From: Gnetum montanum
Taxonomy: Eukaryota; Plantae; Gnetophyta
Length of the DNA: 64,000 bases
Assembly (NCBI GenBank): GCA_015680685.1
Contig: MNCI01001745.1
Span: 179,564-243,563 of the forward strand
Direction of reading: 5' to 3'
Below the pieces are notes generated by a model. The model was given only the letters and a program-made list of their open reading frames with translations, was not told the DNA's origin and did no database searches. This document shows positions 1 through 12,517 of this stretch, piece after piece (positions within the stretch are counted from its first letter, which is position 1; each line of letters starts with the position of its first letter). The position numbers were made by a program, and so were the translations under genes.

Positions 1-830
1 AAACAAAAAAACACTACACTGAGCTTGTACGACCTAATAATGATGTTCTTCCTGCACCACAAGGATCTAATCCACATGTTGACAGCAATTCTGGTCAACG
101 AAGACATGCCAGTGGAAGAGGAAGTGATCCACTTGGTCATGCTTCCCTCTACACCCATAGAGCTAGAACCGCCTCAACTAACTTTCTATGATGATGCCAT
201 TAGGGAAGATCCCAAATAGGTCAGGTGACTATAACACCCCTATTCATCATAATTTAGGTTGATCAACACTGGATCCGAAGGGTACACGTTGATGATGGAG
301 CTACCACAAATGTCATCCCCTTCTCTATTATGGATAAATTGGGCTTGGTCGACCAGATCAAACCCACAAGGACATCATGCCTGAGGTCGTTCAATGGGGC
401 ACGCATCTTGGTGAAGGGCACAGTCGACATAGACTTCGTGGCAGGGGACCAGTACCCCAAAAATGAGATGTTCAACATGGTTGAGGAAATAACTGGGTTT
501 AACCTGATCTTGTGGAGATCATGGTTATCACAACCTAGGGTTATCTCTTCGTCCATTCAGTAGGAAATCCACCTACCATATGCAAGCAGGGAGGTGGTGA
601 TCCATGATGATGAAGTAGTAGCATAAGCGATCAATAACATAGACATGGAGCAAGGTTTAGAGGTCGTAACCTCTGAGAATGAAGCGCTTGCTTATGCACA
701 CATTAACCATCCAACGGGAGAATCAGCTCAACAGATCGGTCTCCAAAATGAAAGCGCGTGGGTTGAGTTGCCCTTCCAAGTGGGGGACAACGATGCAAAT
801 GAAGGCCTTGGAAAAGCACCTTAGCCTTAA
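1..830 (+). pseudogene. Gag C-terminus plus retropepsin-type aspartic protease, disrupted by stops
   Basis: ORFs 25-219 and 330-563 in series; RVHVDDGATTNVIPFSIMDKLGL catalytic region at ~278-348 and FNLILWRSWL (ILGRxWL) C-terminal motif. Confidence 0.85.
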
Positions 831-1014
831 CTCCGCTCAATCCATGATGGGTCAAGAAGCAACTATGCATAGCGTAGCAACCCCACTGCTTCCTACCCAA
901 TTGCCATCCTTTGCACATTACCATCTTTTGTTGTTTACAATCCATCTATCTACATAAGTTACCAGTTAGCCATTGTTCAAGTTGTTAATGTATCACCTCT
1001 TTGGCATGCTACGC

Positions 1015-1121
1015 TATGGCCTGCAATGGCCTAAAACTAGCAATGGCCTGAAATGGCCTAAAACTAGCAATGGCCTAAAATGACCTAAAACTAGCAGAGG
1101 CCAAAAAGGCATAAAACTAGC
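1015..1121 (+). repeat. Short tandem array of AATGGCCTAAAACTAGC-like units downstream of protease
   Basis: Directly visible repeated ggcctaaaactagc units; same array type at 7886-8192, 33929-34230 and 46545-46700. Confidence 0.85.
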
Positions 1122-1290
1122 ACATGAAAGCATGAAAATTTTACACAAAACGTAACATGTAGACAATGCACAAGTTAACGCAGAATCAATTTCTTTTCTT
1201 CTCTTCTTTATTCAAAACTTTTTCCTTTTGGACAATGTTTGCAAACATTTTACAAAAAATTCAAAATTTCAAAAAAAAATTCCGATGCTA

Positions 1291-4200
1291 TCATGGGTTG
1301 TCCTTGTTCGCATCATCTTTGCCATTTGTTTTTGTATCATTTTCTTTTGCATCGCCTTCCCCTACGTTTTCCTCTACTGATTCTTCATTCCTTTCCTCTA
1401 TGAGCCCTGCACCCTCATTTGGAGCCTACATTGTAGGAATGAAGAGGTCAACTAAAGAAATGTATGCAAGCTATAACAGAGCATAAGAATTAATACAGTA
1501 GAAAGAAAGTAACCTGAGAAGGGCTTGCATCTGTCTCAAAGGGTATCTGATCTAAACTGAGCCTGAGGTGGCGCCAGTCCTCCTCTATCATGGTGGACTC
1601 CTTTGCCGTGATGTCCACCCAACACCTATTTCATGGTTCAGCATCTGCAATAGCTCTCTCCCTTTTGGTGGTTGTTCACCTTGGTGGTCCTAGAGAAAAG
1701 GAGATGGTTGCGGTCTCTCCTATAGGAAGGTTCATTTTCCAGTTAGGAAATTCCGTAACCTTTACCTACTCTTTGAACTTGGCATAAGCCTCAGAAGCAT
1801 CAGTGACATTTACGAATTCTTTATACGTAAACGCCGCCACAGTAGTGTCCCTATACAATTTATGATGGGTGGAATTTTCTAGTTTATACATGTGTTTGTG
1901 ATTTTTCTAGGACTACCCCCATTCGTAAACCTTGGCGTTGAAATCTTTCAAATCCTGACACTTCTGGGCTAAAAAGTCCATTTAAATCTGTTGTTCTATT
2001 ATTTCGTGGATGGATTCGACGTTCTAACGTGCGACTATTCAAAATCTAGTGTAATCTATCATAGCCATGTGCTAGTCCTCATTATTAGTGTCATAGGCTA
2101 TCAGGAATTCATTCCTCGACCTGAGATCCTCCACCTCAATGCTCTGGTCGACCTCCTTTTGCTCAACTTTTTGGACCCATTTCCACAGGTCCTCGTTGAT
2201 GTGCTTATACTCCCACAAGGACCATGTCAAGTGCAAAGCACATTTTCAAGCCTCGTCGTATGCGCAACGAGACACCTCAGTCGCTTCGGATGGGAATGTA
2301 GGCACGACACTGACTTTCAAACACCATGCCAGGTCCCATTTGAGTTGAGAGGCTGCTATGACACAAAGAGTGTAGCAATCACATTAGTGTATCAAAGTTA
2401 ACAAAGTCTAAAACTCTAGTGTAGCAACATGAGAGCACCTAACACTACTACTTACCCACATCAAGGTCCACCTGCTGAAGGCAGCTGACCATGTCATTGG
2501 CGATTCCCTGCATGAATGTAAACTTATCAGAGATCTGAGCCCATGATTCCACACAAGTCGGAGGAGGTCTTGCAACATCAACAGTGGTGCCTATCACATA
2601 ACTAAATGTGTCAGCAATGGCTGAAATGGGCTATGATAAGGTAGACATATTGTCAAACTCACTAGCATTTAATTACGGTCCACGTTCCTGCTAATGCAAA
2701 ACGAGGAAGACATCCTTGGCATAAGTCCTTGCTAAGCCTATACAGACCTCTTCTTCATGTGCTGGTGCCTTTCCTTTTAGGAGGTTAGCATCTTTTTTAT
2801 GCAAGGGAGACTCCTCTTCATTAGTAGGAGGATTCTCCCTAATAATAAGAGCCCTCACCTTAGTGAAAGGAGCTCCCTTCCTTGTGACTGGGGCCCTTTC
2901 TTCTAAGACTGGGGCCTCCAAGTTTTTATTCGTCACACCTATCTTAGGGGTTGACACCTCTTCATTACCTTCTTCTTCTTCTTCTTCTTCTTCTCCCTCT
3001 TCCAGTCAAGAAACATGTTTGCATTAGTTTGAAACAAGTTAGCCTAAAGCAGGTGCTACGCTACACTACGTCGCTTAGCATACCATAGCGAGGCAGATAA
3101 TAACAAGGTAGGTATTAAATAAAAGCATTTACCAATGGCTGGTTGTGTCCTCTACAGCTTAAGCCATAGCCACCACCCCTCCTCTTCTTCCGTGTGAAGG
3201 GTTTCCTTAGTTGGAGGAGGCCTCTTCCGTTGCAACTTTTTGGCCGTAGTCTCAGCTATGAGACATTCCCCCCACGAAACGCTATTGGCTACAACAAGGG
3301 GCATCTCTCCTACGCTGTGTTGGCCATGAAAGTTGCGGGCCACCCGATCCTTAGTCATCACAGAGAATGACTTTCCAATTATTTCTAGGGGATCTTGGGC
3401 TCGGAGGGTTTGAAGAATTTGGTGAATCCATAGTCTTGAAATCTAGTTGCGATTTCAAATGACCCATGCTCCATTCTCGTGAACCACCAGAAACTCTGTG
3501 AAACGATTCAAACAGGCTATGTAAAAGGCATAATTTATATTGGAACGGGACTTCGATCTCTTATGCAACCCCAAGATTTCAGTCTGCAAGCCTTTACATA
3601 GAAACCTGGCCCAATTGTAGTGGGCTCCCTCCTCCATGACCTCATGCATTATGCAAGCCTACTCAATCCCCAGGACCTTCCCTTGGGAAAGTAGTTGGGG
3701 GAATGCGTGAGCATGGAAGATAAGGTAAATCTCAATGGCTGGTCTTTCTTTGAGCTTCTCCATGGGGAGCCCCTTTCACTCCTTGGCAATCCCTAACCAC
3801 TCCTGAATGTCCTTTTCTGAAGGGTTAGCTCCTTCTTGCTCTTCGACCCTATAAGAATGCCATTGGCAGGAACACCAAACAGGTATGCAAACAGCTGGTC
3901 ATTGATTTCAATGACCACCCATATGCCCTGTATGCACATGTGGAAGTGGCTTACCTTGTCGAAAAAGGAGTTGATTAGGGAGAGCATCTTGGCGGTAGGA
4001 ACACTTGAATTTGGGGCCAGGAATAGATCCATAAGCCCAGCCTTTTGGATATTCTAGACCAAGGAGTCCAAAGCTACACCGTTTATCCAGCGTTGGCTCA
4101 TATCTACTTCTCCTTACTTGAAGTAGATGTTTGCCGCCTGTGTCTTGGCGATTACCACCATCACCTCTTGGGGATTTTTCACCCTTATAACAATTTTCAC

Positions 4201-4655
4201 AAGAAATGTTTAGCATAAAAACATTGAAAATCCAAAGATTGCAAAGACATTTAAGCATGCAACACTTACTGTTTGGCCTACTAGGTCTGTACGGTAATGG
4301 AAATGATGAAAAACTAACTAGAACTTGTTCAACGGTGATTGGTTTGAAGGGTTCTATTCAACCCTCATCTAGCCAACTAGACTCCTTGAATTGACCATAA
4401 GGAATGGGGTATAGGTATGCATAGGTGTGGTATTCACCCTCACATTGAACAATCACACCCATGTGCAAGTTCTCAGCAGAAGAGAACTCCTGCAGGGCTA
4501 TCCGTGCTATAGCTAGCAGACCCGTTCGGTCATGGAGTCCTTCCTTGTTGATGTAGAACCTAGTAACAAAAAAAAATATTGTTAGCAATTGGCCAATATG
4601 GAAAGCATTGCACAACATAGCGGAAAAATGTTGCAAAACTCACCCGCCAGCACAG
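1291..4655 (-). pseudogene. Antisense multi-exon accessory gene, copy A (5'-truncated, decayed)
   Basis: ORF pieces 3793-4032, 3455-3649, 3152-3361 and 2691-2957 are homologous to copies B and C; GT-AG introns at 4560-4643, 4184-4269, donor 3132, ~2691-2747, 2356-2455 and 1426-1513; TGA stop at 1291-1293. Confidence 0.8.
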
Positions 4656-7600
4656 TACATAGTTCTTGGTGGGTTTTGGAAGCGTTACTCTAGGGATTTT
4701 GAGAGTTGCCAAAGGCTTGGGTGGCTGCATGAGGACTGGACCTTGGATCCACCCCTCACCGTCAAGGACGTGCAGAGGGAAATACCACCATTTCCATTGC
4801 CATTTGGCCCCATTAATGCTGTGGTGTAGTTGGTCACTGCGTAATGTAATTGTAAATTATGGACATTGCGTAATAGAGCTTTGATTAATTTGTGCTTCAT
4901 GTTGTGCAGTTAGGGAATCTCGGGAGATTACCCTTACGATTTCCAGCCGCGAGGCGAGTGCTATCCTCTTCCGCTACGGCAACATCAAGGATGCACAGTG
5001 CTGGCTTAGCCACTTGGTGGTCCCAGCTGCGGTGACCTCCAAGATCCGAGCAGCAGGGCTAATGCACCTATTTTTGGCTCCGACTCCTAATGTCCCCACC
5101 AGTGAGATGCTAACCCTAGTCAACTCCTTCAACGAAAAGGTCAAGCATTTTTGGACACGCGTACATAACGTGTGCGTAAGCTTTAACATCGACGCTCAGC
5201 TCTTCGCGGACCTCTTTGGCGTCCCCTCAGATAGCCCTCCTGTAAGTGAGAAGGTAAAGAGGAGCGAAGCTTTCCAAAATTGGCTGAAGGAGTGGGTAAG
5301 GGTCCCGAAGGAGACTAAAGGATTTCCCTACGAAAAATTCGAGATGGGCACCGCCAAGACACTTTATCCGCTTTTTTGGGCCCGGACCTTCCCCAAAACA
5401 CTCTCGCAGACGAAGTTCTTTTCCATAGAACAGACCCGTATCATGGGAGAGGTTCTGGAGGAGGGGACTCAGTTCAATTGGGCAAGCTATTTTGCCAAAG
5501 GACTGCGTAATGAGATGATAAAGCTTCGCAAGAAGCTTGAGTCCTATTTCAACGTACATTACGCGTTCTTCATAGCTTGCCTCTGGCGATTTGCTAAGTT
5601 TCTGGTCATCCGGAGGAATGGGGTCTAGGTGCAGCAAGACTGAGACCAGCTATCCAGACCTTGGATTGCCCACATCCTCAGCACTACCCGTGGGCAGGAT
5701 CCGCCGGAAGGGATCGGGGAGTCGTTGTCTATAATGACTAAGGGTCTGGCGGCGCCCTAAGTGCGAGGTCTCGATAGCGTAGGCAGGATAATGCCTACCT
5801 ACACTGGCGACGCCTCGTGAGGGAAGCATGTGGCGGAAGAAATTGTAGAACCTGCAGCTCGGCGTAAAAGGCTCCGCCTAGCCGAGGCCCCTGAGGGTGA
5901 CGCAGGCCGGACTGTGGTGCTCACAGTTCAACGGAGTAAGCCTCCGCCTGGTAAGCGTGAAAGAATTATATTACGCAATGTTTGTTTAAATGTTTTGTAC
6001 TAATATACTAAGGTGCTATGACATGACCAGTAAAAGTTATGGAAGAACTGACCCCTGAGACTGGGGCAGTAACACTAAGTCGTAGGGAGGGGGCCTAAAT
6101 TTTGGAAGAAGAGGCCCCAACTGTTAGCGTGAGCCACGTACATGCTCGGGTGCATGAGAAGGGCCCAGCTACTGGAATGAGCGACGCACAGACTCAAGTG
6201 CGTGAAAGGGAAAGGGATGCGAAAGATGTCGGCGAAGTTGCCATTGTCACTGGTATAGGTAATGGATTTGTTAGTGTGTTTGCAAGATTTCTGTAAATAA
6301 GTGAGGTTTCTAACTGGATTACGCTACAGGCGAAGAGGACGCGCCCACATCTGTCACTGTGAGCAGAGCATGGAGAGACTTCCCTGATAAATTTGCCTTC
6401 ATGGAAGGCACCGTTAGCGACATGATCGAGCGCCTGGAACGCGTCGAACCTGGAGCGGGTACGTTATGGTTGTAGTCAATTTGTGATGTTACATAAGGGT
6501 AATGTGTCATCGACGCTGATGATTGTTTCTGTTAGGAGCTCACCTCCGATGGGATCCCACTGAGCCAATTGATTTGGACACAGTGGAGCCACCATCCAAT
6601 GAAGCAGCCATGCCACGTCACATTTATGAGGAAATGCGTAAATGTGCATTACGCTCGACACTCTCCTTATGGGAGAGTAAGGGCGTTAATGAGAATCTGT
6701 GGAAAAGGTTGCAGAGGTCGGAGCAGAAGGTTGAATCTCTGACCAAAGAGGTCGGAGACTTAAAATCGCGGTGCAACTTCCTACAGGTGCAAGCGTTAGG
6801 CAATGAAGACTGGCGTACTGCTGTTGTCGATTACTCCCAGTATTGGACAGCCATCAAACACAGTGTACAGACCAGTCGCACGTTAGTCGAGCAGCGAATG
6901 CAGATAGAACTCCTAGCCCAGAAAAGCTAGGACTGGAGGGATTATTGTACAAGTGTGCAAGAATGGGGGCAGAAGGAGAAGGACCACAAGCACTTTTACA
7001 AGCGGGAAAGCATTGTTTATCGGAGACTCTACCGAGATCTTGCCATCAGGGCCCGATCCTTAGAAGTATTTTAGGACATCATCGGCGCTTCCGATGCCTT
7101 CAAGAAGTTCGAGGAGCAGGTGACCGTCAGTGCGTCCCCCGAAAGGGTGATGACTTTCCCTGGGGGTCAGGCTTCAATCCCTACTTTCTTCCTGGACCCA
7201 CCCCGCTGGAGCAGCATGGAGAAAGGGAAAGTGAAGGCTGGGGATGCCTTGAAAGAGGACGTATGGCTAGATCTAATGGAGGAAGAGATTATGAAGCACC
7301 TGTGGGCTGGTCTGGACAAGCTCCCCTTTGCTGCGGAAGCAGGGCCATCACAAGTAAGTTTACGTGCGACTTAGTTTGCATTTCTGACTGTGATGTTAAG
7401 CCTTACGTAACTAATGTGCTTACTGTGTTCAGATACCAGCCGAGGATAGGGAAGATGAACAAGCGGAGGAGTTAGCAGAAGGAGCGGCGGAAGCAGAAGA
7501 AGAAGCAGAAGAACACAACAATGAGGAGTGTCCTTCCGTGGAGCTAGCGCCGGAACAGGGACCTCGCAAGGAGGACATTCTTCGTGAAAGAGTCATTCCT

Positions 7601-7690
7601 AGAAACGATGGCACATTGGAGGACGATCCATTAGCGTTGGATCCAGACTTAAGGGATACCGGTGATAATGGCAGTAGGGAAAATGCGTAA
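4656..7690 (+). pseudogene. Antisense multi-exon accessory gene, copy B (plant-transposon accessory domain, coiled coil, acidic tail)
   Basis: ORFs 4608-4829, 5014-5628, 6102-6296, 6523-6930 and 7120-7374 joined by AT-richer GT-AG introns at ~4823-4909, 5951-6030, ~6259-6329, 6459-6535 and 7354-7432; TAA at 7688-7690; a few in-frame TAG/TAA/TGA. Confidence 0.82.
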
Positions 7691-7885
7691 TTATGATTTA
7701 CGCATAGTTTTATTAATGTTGAGTGCAATATCATTTTACAAATGACTAGAAAGATGTGTTATAAAACCTGGTGGATGCGTTAAATGTCAGTTACATATTT
7801 TTTATTCGTTTTTTGCGTTTTGCCGATAGAGTGCGAGCGTAATTGTTGAAAAGTTCACCTAAGTGATAAGGATAGAGCGTAATTC

Positions 7886-8192
7886 CTAGTTTAAGGCCGT
7901 TGCGGGCCATTGCGTAATACGCGTGAATGGTAGCAGTGTATAATTTTGTGTCACTAGTTTAAAGCCGGGCCATCACACAATTCTACGTAATCTAATAACT
8001 AGTTTAGGGCCGTTGCGGGCCATCACATGATTCTGCGTAATCTAATAACTAGTTTAAGGCCGTTGCGGGCCATCACATGATTCTACGTAATCTAGTAACT
8101 AGTTTAAGGCTGTTGCGGGCCTGTGCGTAAGCAAGCGCAAAAAGTGATAGTATACAATTCTGTGTAACTAGTTTAAGGCCATTGCGGGCCAT
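7886..8192. repeat. Tandem array with a 50-bp core unit CTAGTTTAAGGCCGTTGCGGGCCATCACATGATTCTACGTAATCTAATAA
   Basis: Units start at 7999, 8049 and 8099 with partial flanking copies. Confidence 0.9.
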
Positions 8193-8408
8193 TTTAAGCA
8201 TAAATGGTAATAGAATATAATGGTGCGTAAATGCATAAAATGGTGTGATAACAGGAATAACACGGGTACGATAAAAATGTAAGACATGACAAGTGTAAAA
8301 GCAGAAGGTGAATGTAGCATAAAAAGGAATCTGTTGCAACAAAAGAAACTGTTAAGTACGAACCACAATAACTGGCAAAGACATGATGTCGTACGCAAAG
8401 ACCATTGC

Positions 8409-11400
8409 TCAACCATTGATACGTAATTGTCTCTTAATGGCCTTTACATTGGTTGCTGCATAAGGGCGAAGAGACTTATGATTTTCCTCCTCTATGCTGC
8501 CGTCCGGAAACGGCAGGTCGGCCCAAACTAAACCATCATCTTCGCTGTTGGTTTGTTGAGGGGTTTGGAGATGGGTCTGATCGTCATTTGTCTCTACCTC
8601 CGAACCCTGTTCCTCTTCAATGTTATTGATGGTCCTGGGGGTGAGTTCATCACCGCGTATCACAACCTCCCCTCCGGCATAGGGAAGGTGTATCTCCTAG
8701 TGTATCAGTGATGAAACTGCCCTCAGTTGAGCTAACCACGGCCTCCCCAAGATCAGGTTGAACCCTAGCATCTCCTCGACGACTAGGAAGGTGGCCTCCA
8801 TTGGGAACTGGTCACCCACCACAAACTCGATGCGCACCGTCCCCTTGACTTGAACCCGTGCCCCGTTGAACGATTTTACGCAGGCCGTTGTCGTGGGAGT
8901 GATCTAGTCGACCAGTCCCAACCTATCCATAATGGAATAGGGAATGATGTTGGTAGCTATGCCATCATCCACGTGCACTCTCCGGATTCGGTATTGACCG
9001 ACCCGGATAGTGATAAACATGGGTTCAGTTGTCACCCGACCTTTCTCAGGATCATCTTTGATAGATCGATCATGGAAGGTCAGCGAGGAAGGCGTAGGTT
9101 GCTCAGCTTCGGGAGGAAACATGACAGCATGTATCGCTTCCTCCTCTGCTGGCAAGCTTTCATCCACTAATATGAATGTCAGCATGCGAACCATAGCCTC
9201 ACGATGTTCGCGAGATGTCATAAGCAAGTCGTATAGGCTCAGCATAGTGTTCTTTTGTTTGAGAGCCTGTCTAACTTGCGTAAATGCGTCGAGGAGATCC
9301 TTCTCTCGGCTAGGTTGTTTGCATCCCTTGTCCTCTTCCATTTGTCCCAAGAGACGGATCCCTCGAGGTGGGACAGCGTTGGCTGGAGGGCTACACTTTT
9401 CCTTGCCAAGAGGAGGCGACTGCGTTTCCGCACCTTTATCTTGCTTCTGAGGCATAGACAAGGGTACAGAGGCCAGGGGCCTAGGCTTAGGGAAGCCAAG
9501 CGTAAAGTGGTCTTTTGTTACGTTAACTGAGGTGTCCTCTCCCTTTCACATGGGAGGTGATGATTGGTTATTCTGGCTAGAGGTCTACCCCTGCGCGAAA
9601 GGAGCAACATGTGGTTTTGGCGCCCTGATAATGAAGGGTGCTCTTGGCATGGGCGCGGACGAAGCCGCGGCTTGGGAGTTGTTGCGTGACTGAGGGTTTA
9701 TGTGAGAAGGTGCCCGTATAATGAAGGGCGGCCTCGAGACGCCACTGGCTGCTGATGAAATGATTGGGCCCCTGGGTGAGTTGGCAGGTACGCGCAAGAC
9801 AAAAGGCTGTTTTGGTGATCCCTTACGCTCATCATCCGTACTCACCACAGTGATTGTATAAGGATCGTTTTTTGCGTTCAACGGGTCCTTATATACATGC
9901 AGTGTTTGGTTTTCCGGACGTGTCGGATTACTGCTGTCTAATTTTAGATGACCTTCATCGATCATGCATTGAATATCGTCCTTTAATGCCCAGCAGTAAT
10001 CCATGTCGTGATCACACATCTGGTGGTAGTCACATAAACGGTCGAGCTTGAAGATCTCGGAACTGCTGGTTCATTAAGTAAGGCTAAAAAAGGGTCTTTT
10101 AGCAATTCACAGTGATGTCTGTGACGCTTCAGAGCTTCCTCGGACACCTTCTTAGGTTGAATGTGCCCTGCCGCTAACAGTTGTTTCAGCAATTCGGAAT
10201 GCTTCACAGGTAAAGCCGCATATTTTGAACGATCTTTACGTTCAAAATTTTGCTTTGGCTGGGGGGCCTTTTCAGGGGTCACTGTGATTTGGTTGGTGCC
10301 AACACTAGCCGTGGCCTCAGACGCTGTTGTGGGCGCCTTCTTGTTCTTGTTCTTTGGGCTTTCAGTCAGCGCGGCTACTGTCGTTGTTGCCGCCTTACCC
10401 TTCTCTTTGGCCTTGTTGTGTGCGTTCCTGTAGGCGACATACACTGGGTCTTTGCTAGCCTCCGCAGCATCTTGGATGCTTCTAACTTGCACGAAGGCCT
10501 GGTGTAAATTACTTGGGGAAAGGTAGTACAACTTTGACTTAATGAAGTCGTTGACCGCTCCTTTGAACATAGCCAACATATGTGAGTCCACGATCGGCTT
10601 GCAAATCTCGTTCAAGGTAGCATTCCAGCGCTATATAAACTTTTGGACGGGCTCGAGCGGGTCTTGTTTCACCCCCATGAGTTGATCTAGTGTGACTTCT
10701 GGTTTCAGGTTGTATTTGAAGCGGGTGATAAATTGGGTCAGCAGCTCTTCCAAGGTTGAGATGGAAGAGCGTGGGAGGGCTCGGTACCAGTCCAAAGCTT
10801 TCCCTGTTAATGACATTGCAAAGACTCTAATAATCATATTTGGCCACTGTTGAAGCAACAAGGATTCAGATCGAAAGGTGACTAAGTGAGTGTTGGGATC
10901 CCCTCCCCATTGTATTTGGTGAAATGAGGCAGAGACATCCCTGGTGGCAGTGACAGCATTGGCACTGCTGGACTAATCGGATCATCCTGATAAAAGTCCA
11001 TGATCTGAATAGCATCAGATCCAGTGGCTTTGAGGTGTCGAACCTCCTCAGTAAGAGTCTGTATCAGCTGGAAAGCTTGGCCCAGGCCTGTTGATGGAGG
11101 TGCCTGTGCAGAAGGCATTGGAGGTTGGACCGGGAGGGCAGCGCAAGGGAACAAAAATGACGGGATGGGTTGACTGGTTGGTTGTGGGGAAGGGATCCCA
11201 GCAGGAAAGGGAGCCTGCGAAGACCACCACCCGCTGGCTTAGGCAGAGGGTTTAACTGCTGCCTGCTACACAATATAGGGATGGGTATACTACGGCATCC
11301 TCTATGGAGCTTGCGTTATAGGTGCAACCGGGGGCTGCACGCCGTATACCACAGGCTGAGCATGTTGCGCCCCGGATTGGCCCACTGACCTGCAGCATGC

Positions 11401-12239
11401 TGTTAGATGTATGTTTGTGGCTGAGTGACTACAGCGATCTGTTGAGTTTGCGGATGCGGAAGCGACAAGGCTTGGGCCGGGCGCGTTACAGATACGGTAT
11501 GGGGTTGTATCTGAGGGATGAAATGGGGCACGGTGGTCGCCGGGATCACCACTGGGATGCTAAGTACCCATTGTGACGGAACCACCCCTGTGTTATTGTG
11601 CGGTATTTGTGCTTGCAACCCAAACGACTGTGCATTGGCATGCGGCATGGCAGGGAAATACGTCTGCGCGGTCATGGCTGGGTCAAGAGGTGCGGCTTCT
11701 CCATTGAAAGGAAACGAGGGATTTATATACGTTTGGGGGCTCAGAGTATGGAACGAAGGTTCCAGAGTATGGAATGAATGCTCCGACTGGGCCACAAATT
11801 CGTCCTCTTCCTCCTCCCCATGTTGGGGCTCCTGCATAGCTTGTGAAGCCTAGCCTTTGGCCATGACCAACTATGTGATAAGTTCATGTTGGTGTTCGGT
11901 TAAGGGAATTATGTCGTAAGCTATTGGCTTAAAATCATAGCCCCCTCGGTGGAGCACCTCAAAGTTTCGCTTCGCTTCGAGTTCGGCTCAACTGAGAGCC
12001 AGCTTCGCCTGGATCTTAACGCATATGAAGTTGTATTCTTCAGGGGTTATAACCGTGAAGATAAGCTCTTTTCCCTGGAGCCTCAATGAATGGTGCAATG
12101 GTCCCTGAGATCTCGTTGCGCCAGGAGCTGGTCCTGTGACCGCCATAGGATTCACAGGTGCGGCACCCAGATCGGTAGGGNAAACTGCCATGGTCCCTAC
12201 CGATCTGGGTGCCGCACCTGTGAATCCTATGGCGGTCAC
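8409..12239 (-). pseudogene. gag: gag-protease of element B (frameshifted)
   Basis: Capsid-like SLTGKALDWYRALPRSSISTLEELLTQF (10631-10861), Tat/Ogre-type knuckle CDYHQMCDHDMDYC (~9993-10035), protease RVHVDDGIATNIIP (~8940-8980); ends with a stop, no RT follows. Confidence 0.88.
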
Positions 12240-12516
12240 AGGACCAGCTCCTGGCGCAACGAGATCTCAGGGACCATTGCACCATTCATTGAGGCTCCAG
12301 GGAAAAGAGCTTATCTTCACGGTTATAACCCCTGAAGAATACAACTTCATATGCGTTAAGATCCAGGCGAAGCTGGCTCTCAGTTGAGCCGAACTCGAAG
12401 CGAAGCGAAACTTTGAGGTGCTCCACCGAGGGGGCTATGATTTTAAGCCAATAGCTTACGACATAATTCCCTTAACCGAACACCAACATGAACTTATCAC
12501 ATAGTTGGTCATGGCC
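11859..12516. other. Perfect 322-bp inverted duplication of gag 5' sequence; probable assembly artefact
   Basis: Arms 11859-12180 and 12195-12516 are exact reverse complements and the second lies in a segment bounded by single Ns at 12181 and 12517. Confidence 0.8.
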
Positions 12517-12517
12517 N

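Larger units (their letters stand above)
1..4655 (+). mobile_element. Element A: internal fragment of Tat-type Ty3/gypsy LTR retrotransposon (end of gag-protease, tandem repeats, antisense accessory gene); close relative of element C
   Basis: Reverse complement is colinear with element C at 21600-21831 plus 30648-35150; same protease, repeat and accessory gene order. Confidence 0.85.

Noticed and set aside
7886-8192. CRISPR-like regular repeats
   Set aside because: Units are tandem with repeated rather than unique spacers; no cas genes; eukaryotic TE context
9010-11853. Plus-strand ORFs overlapping gag B, and similar shadow ORFs over pol C and ORF2 of F
   Set aside because: Antisense shadows of GC-rich coding frames with no motifs of their own
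11859-12516. Perfect 322-bp-arm palindrome that could be a hairpin/siRNA locus or foldback element
   Set aside because: The arms are identical in otherwise decayed DNA and the second arm lies in a segment delimited by single Ns (12181, 12517) where the PBS and 5' UTR should be; best explained as a flipped overlapping contig
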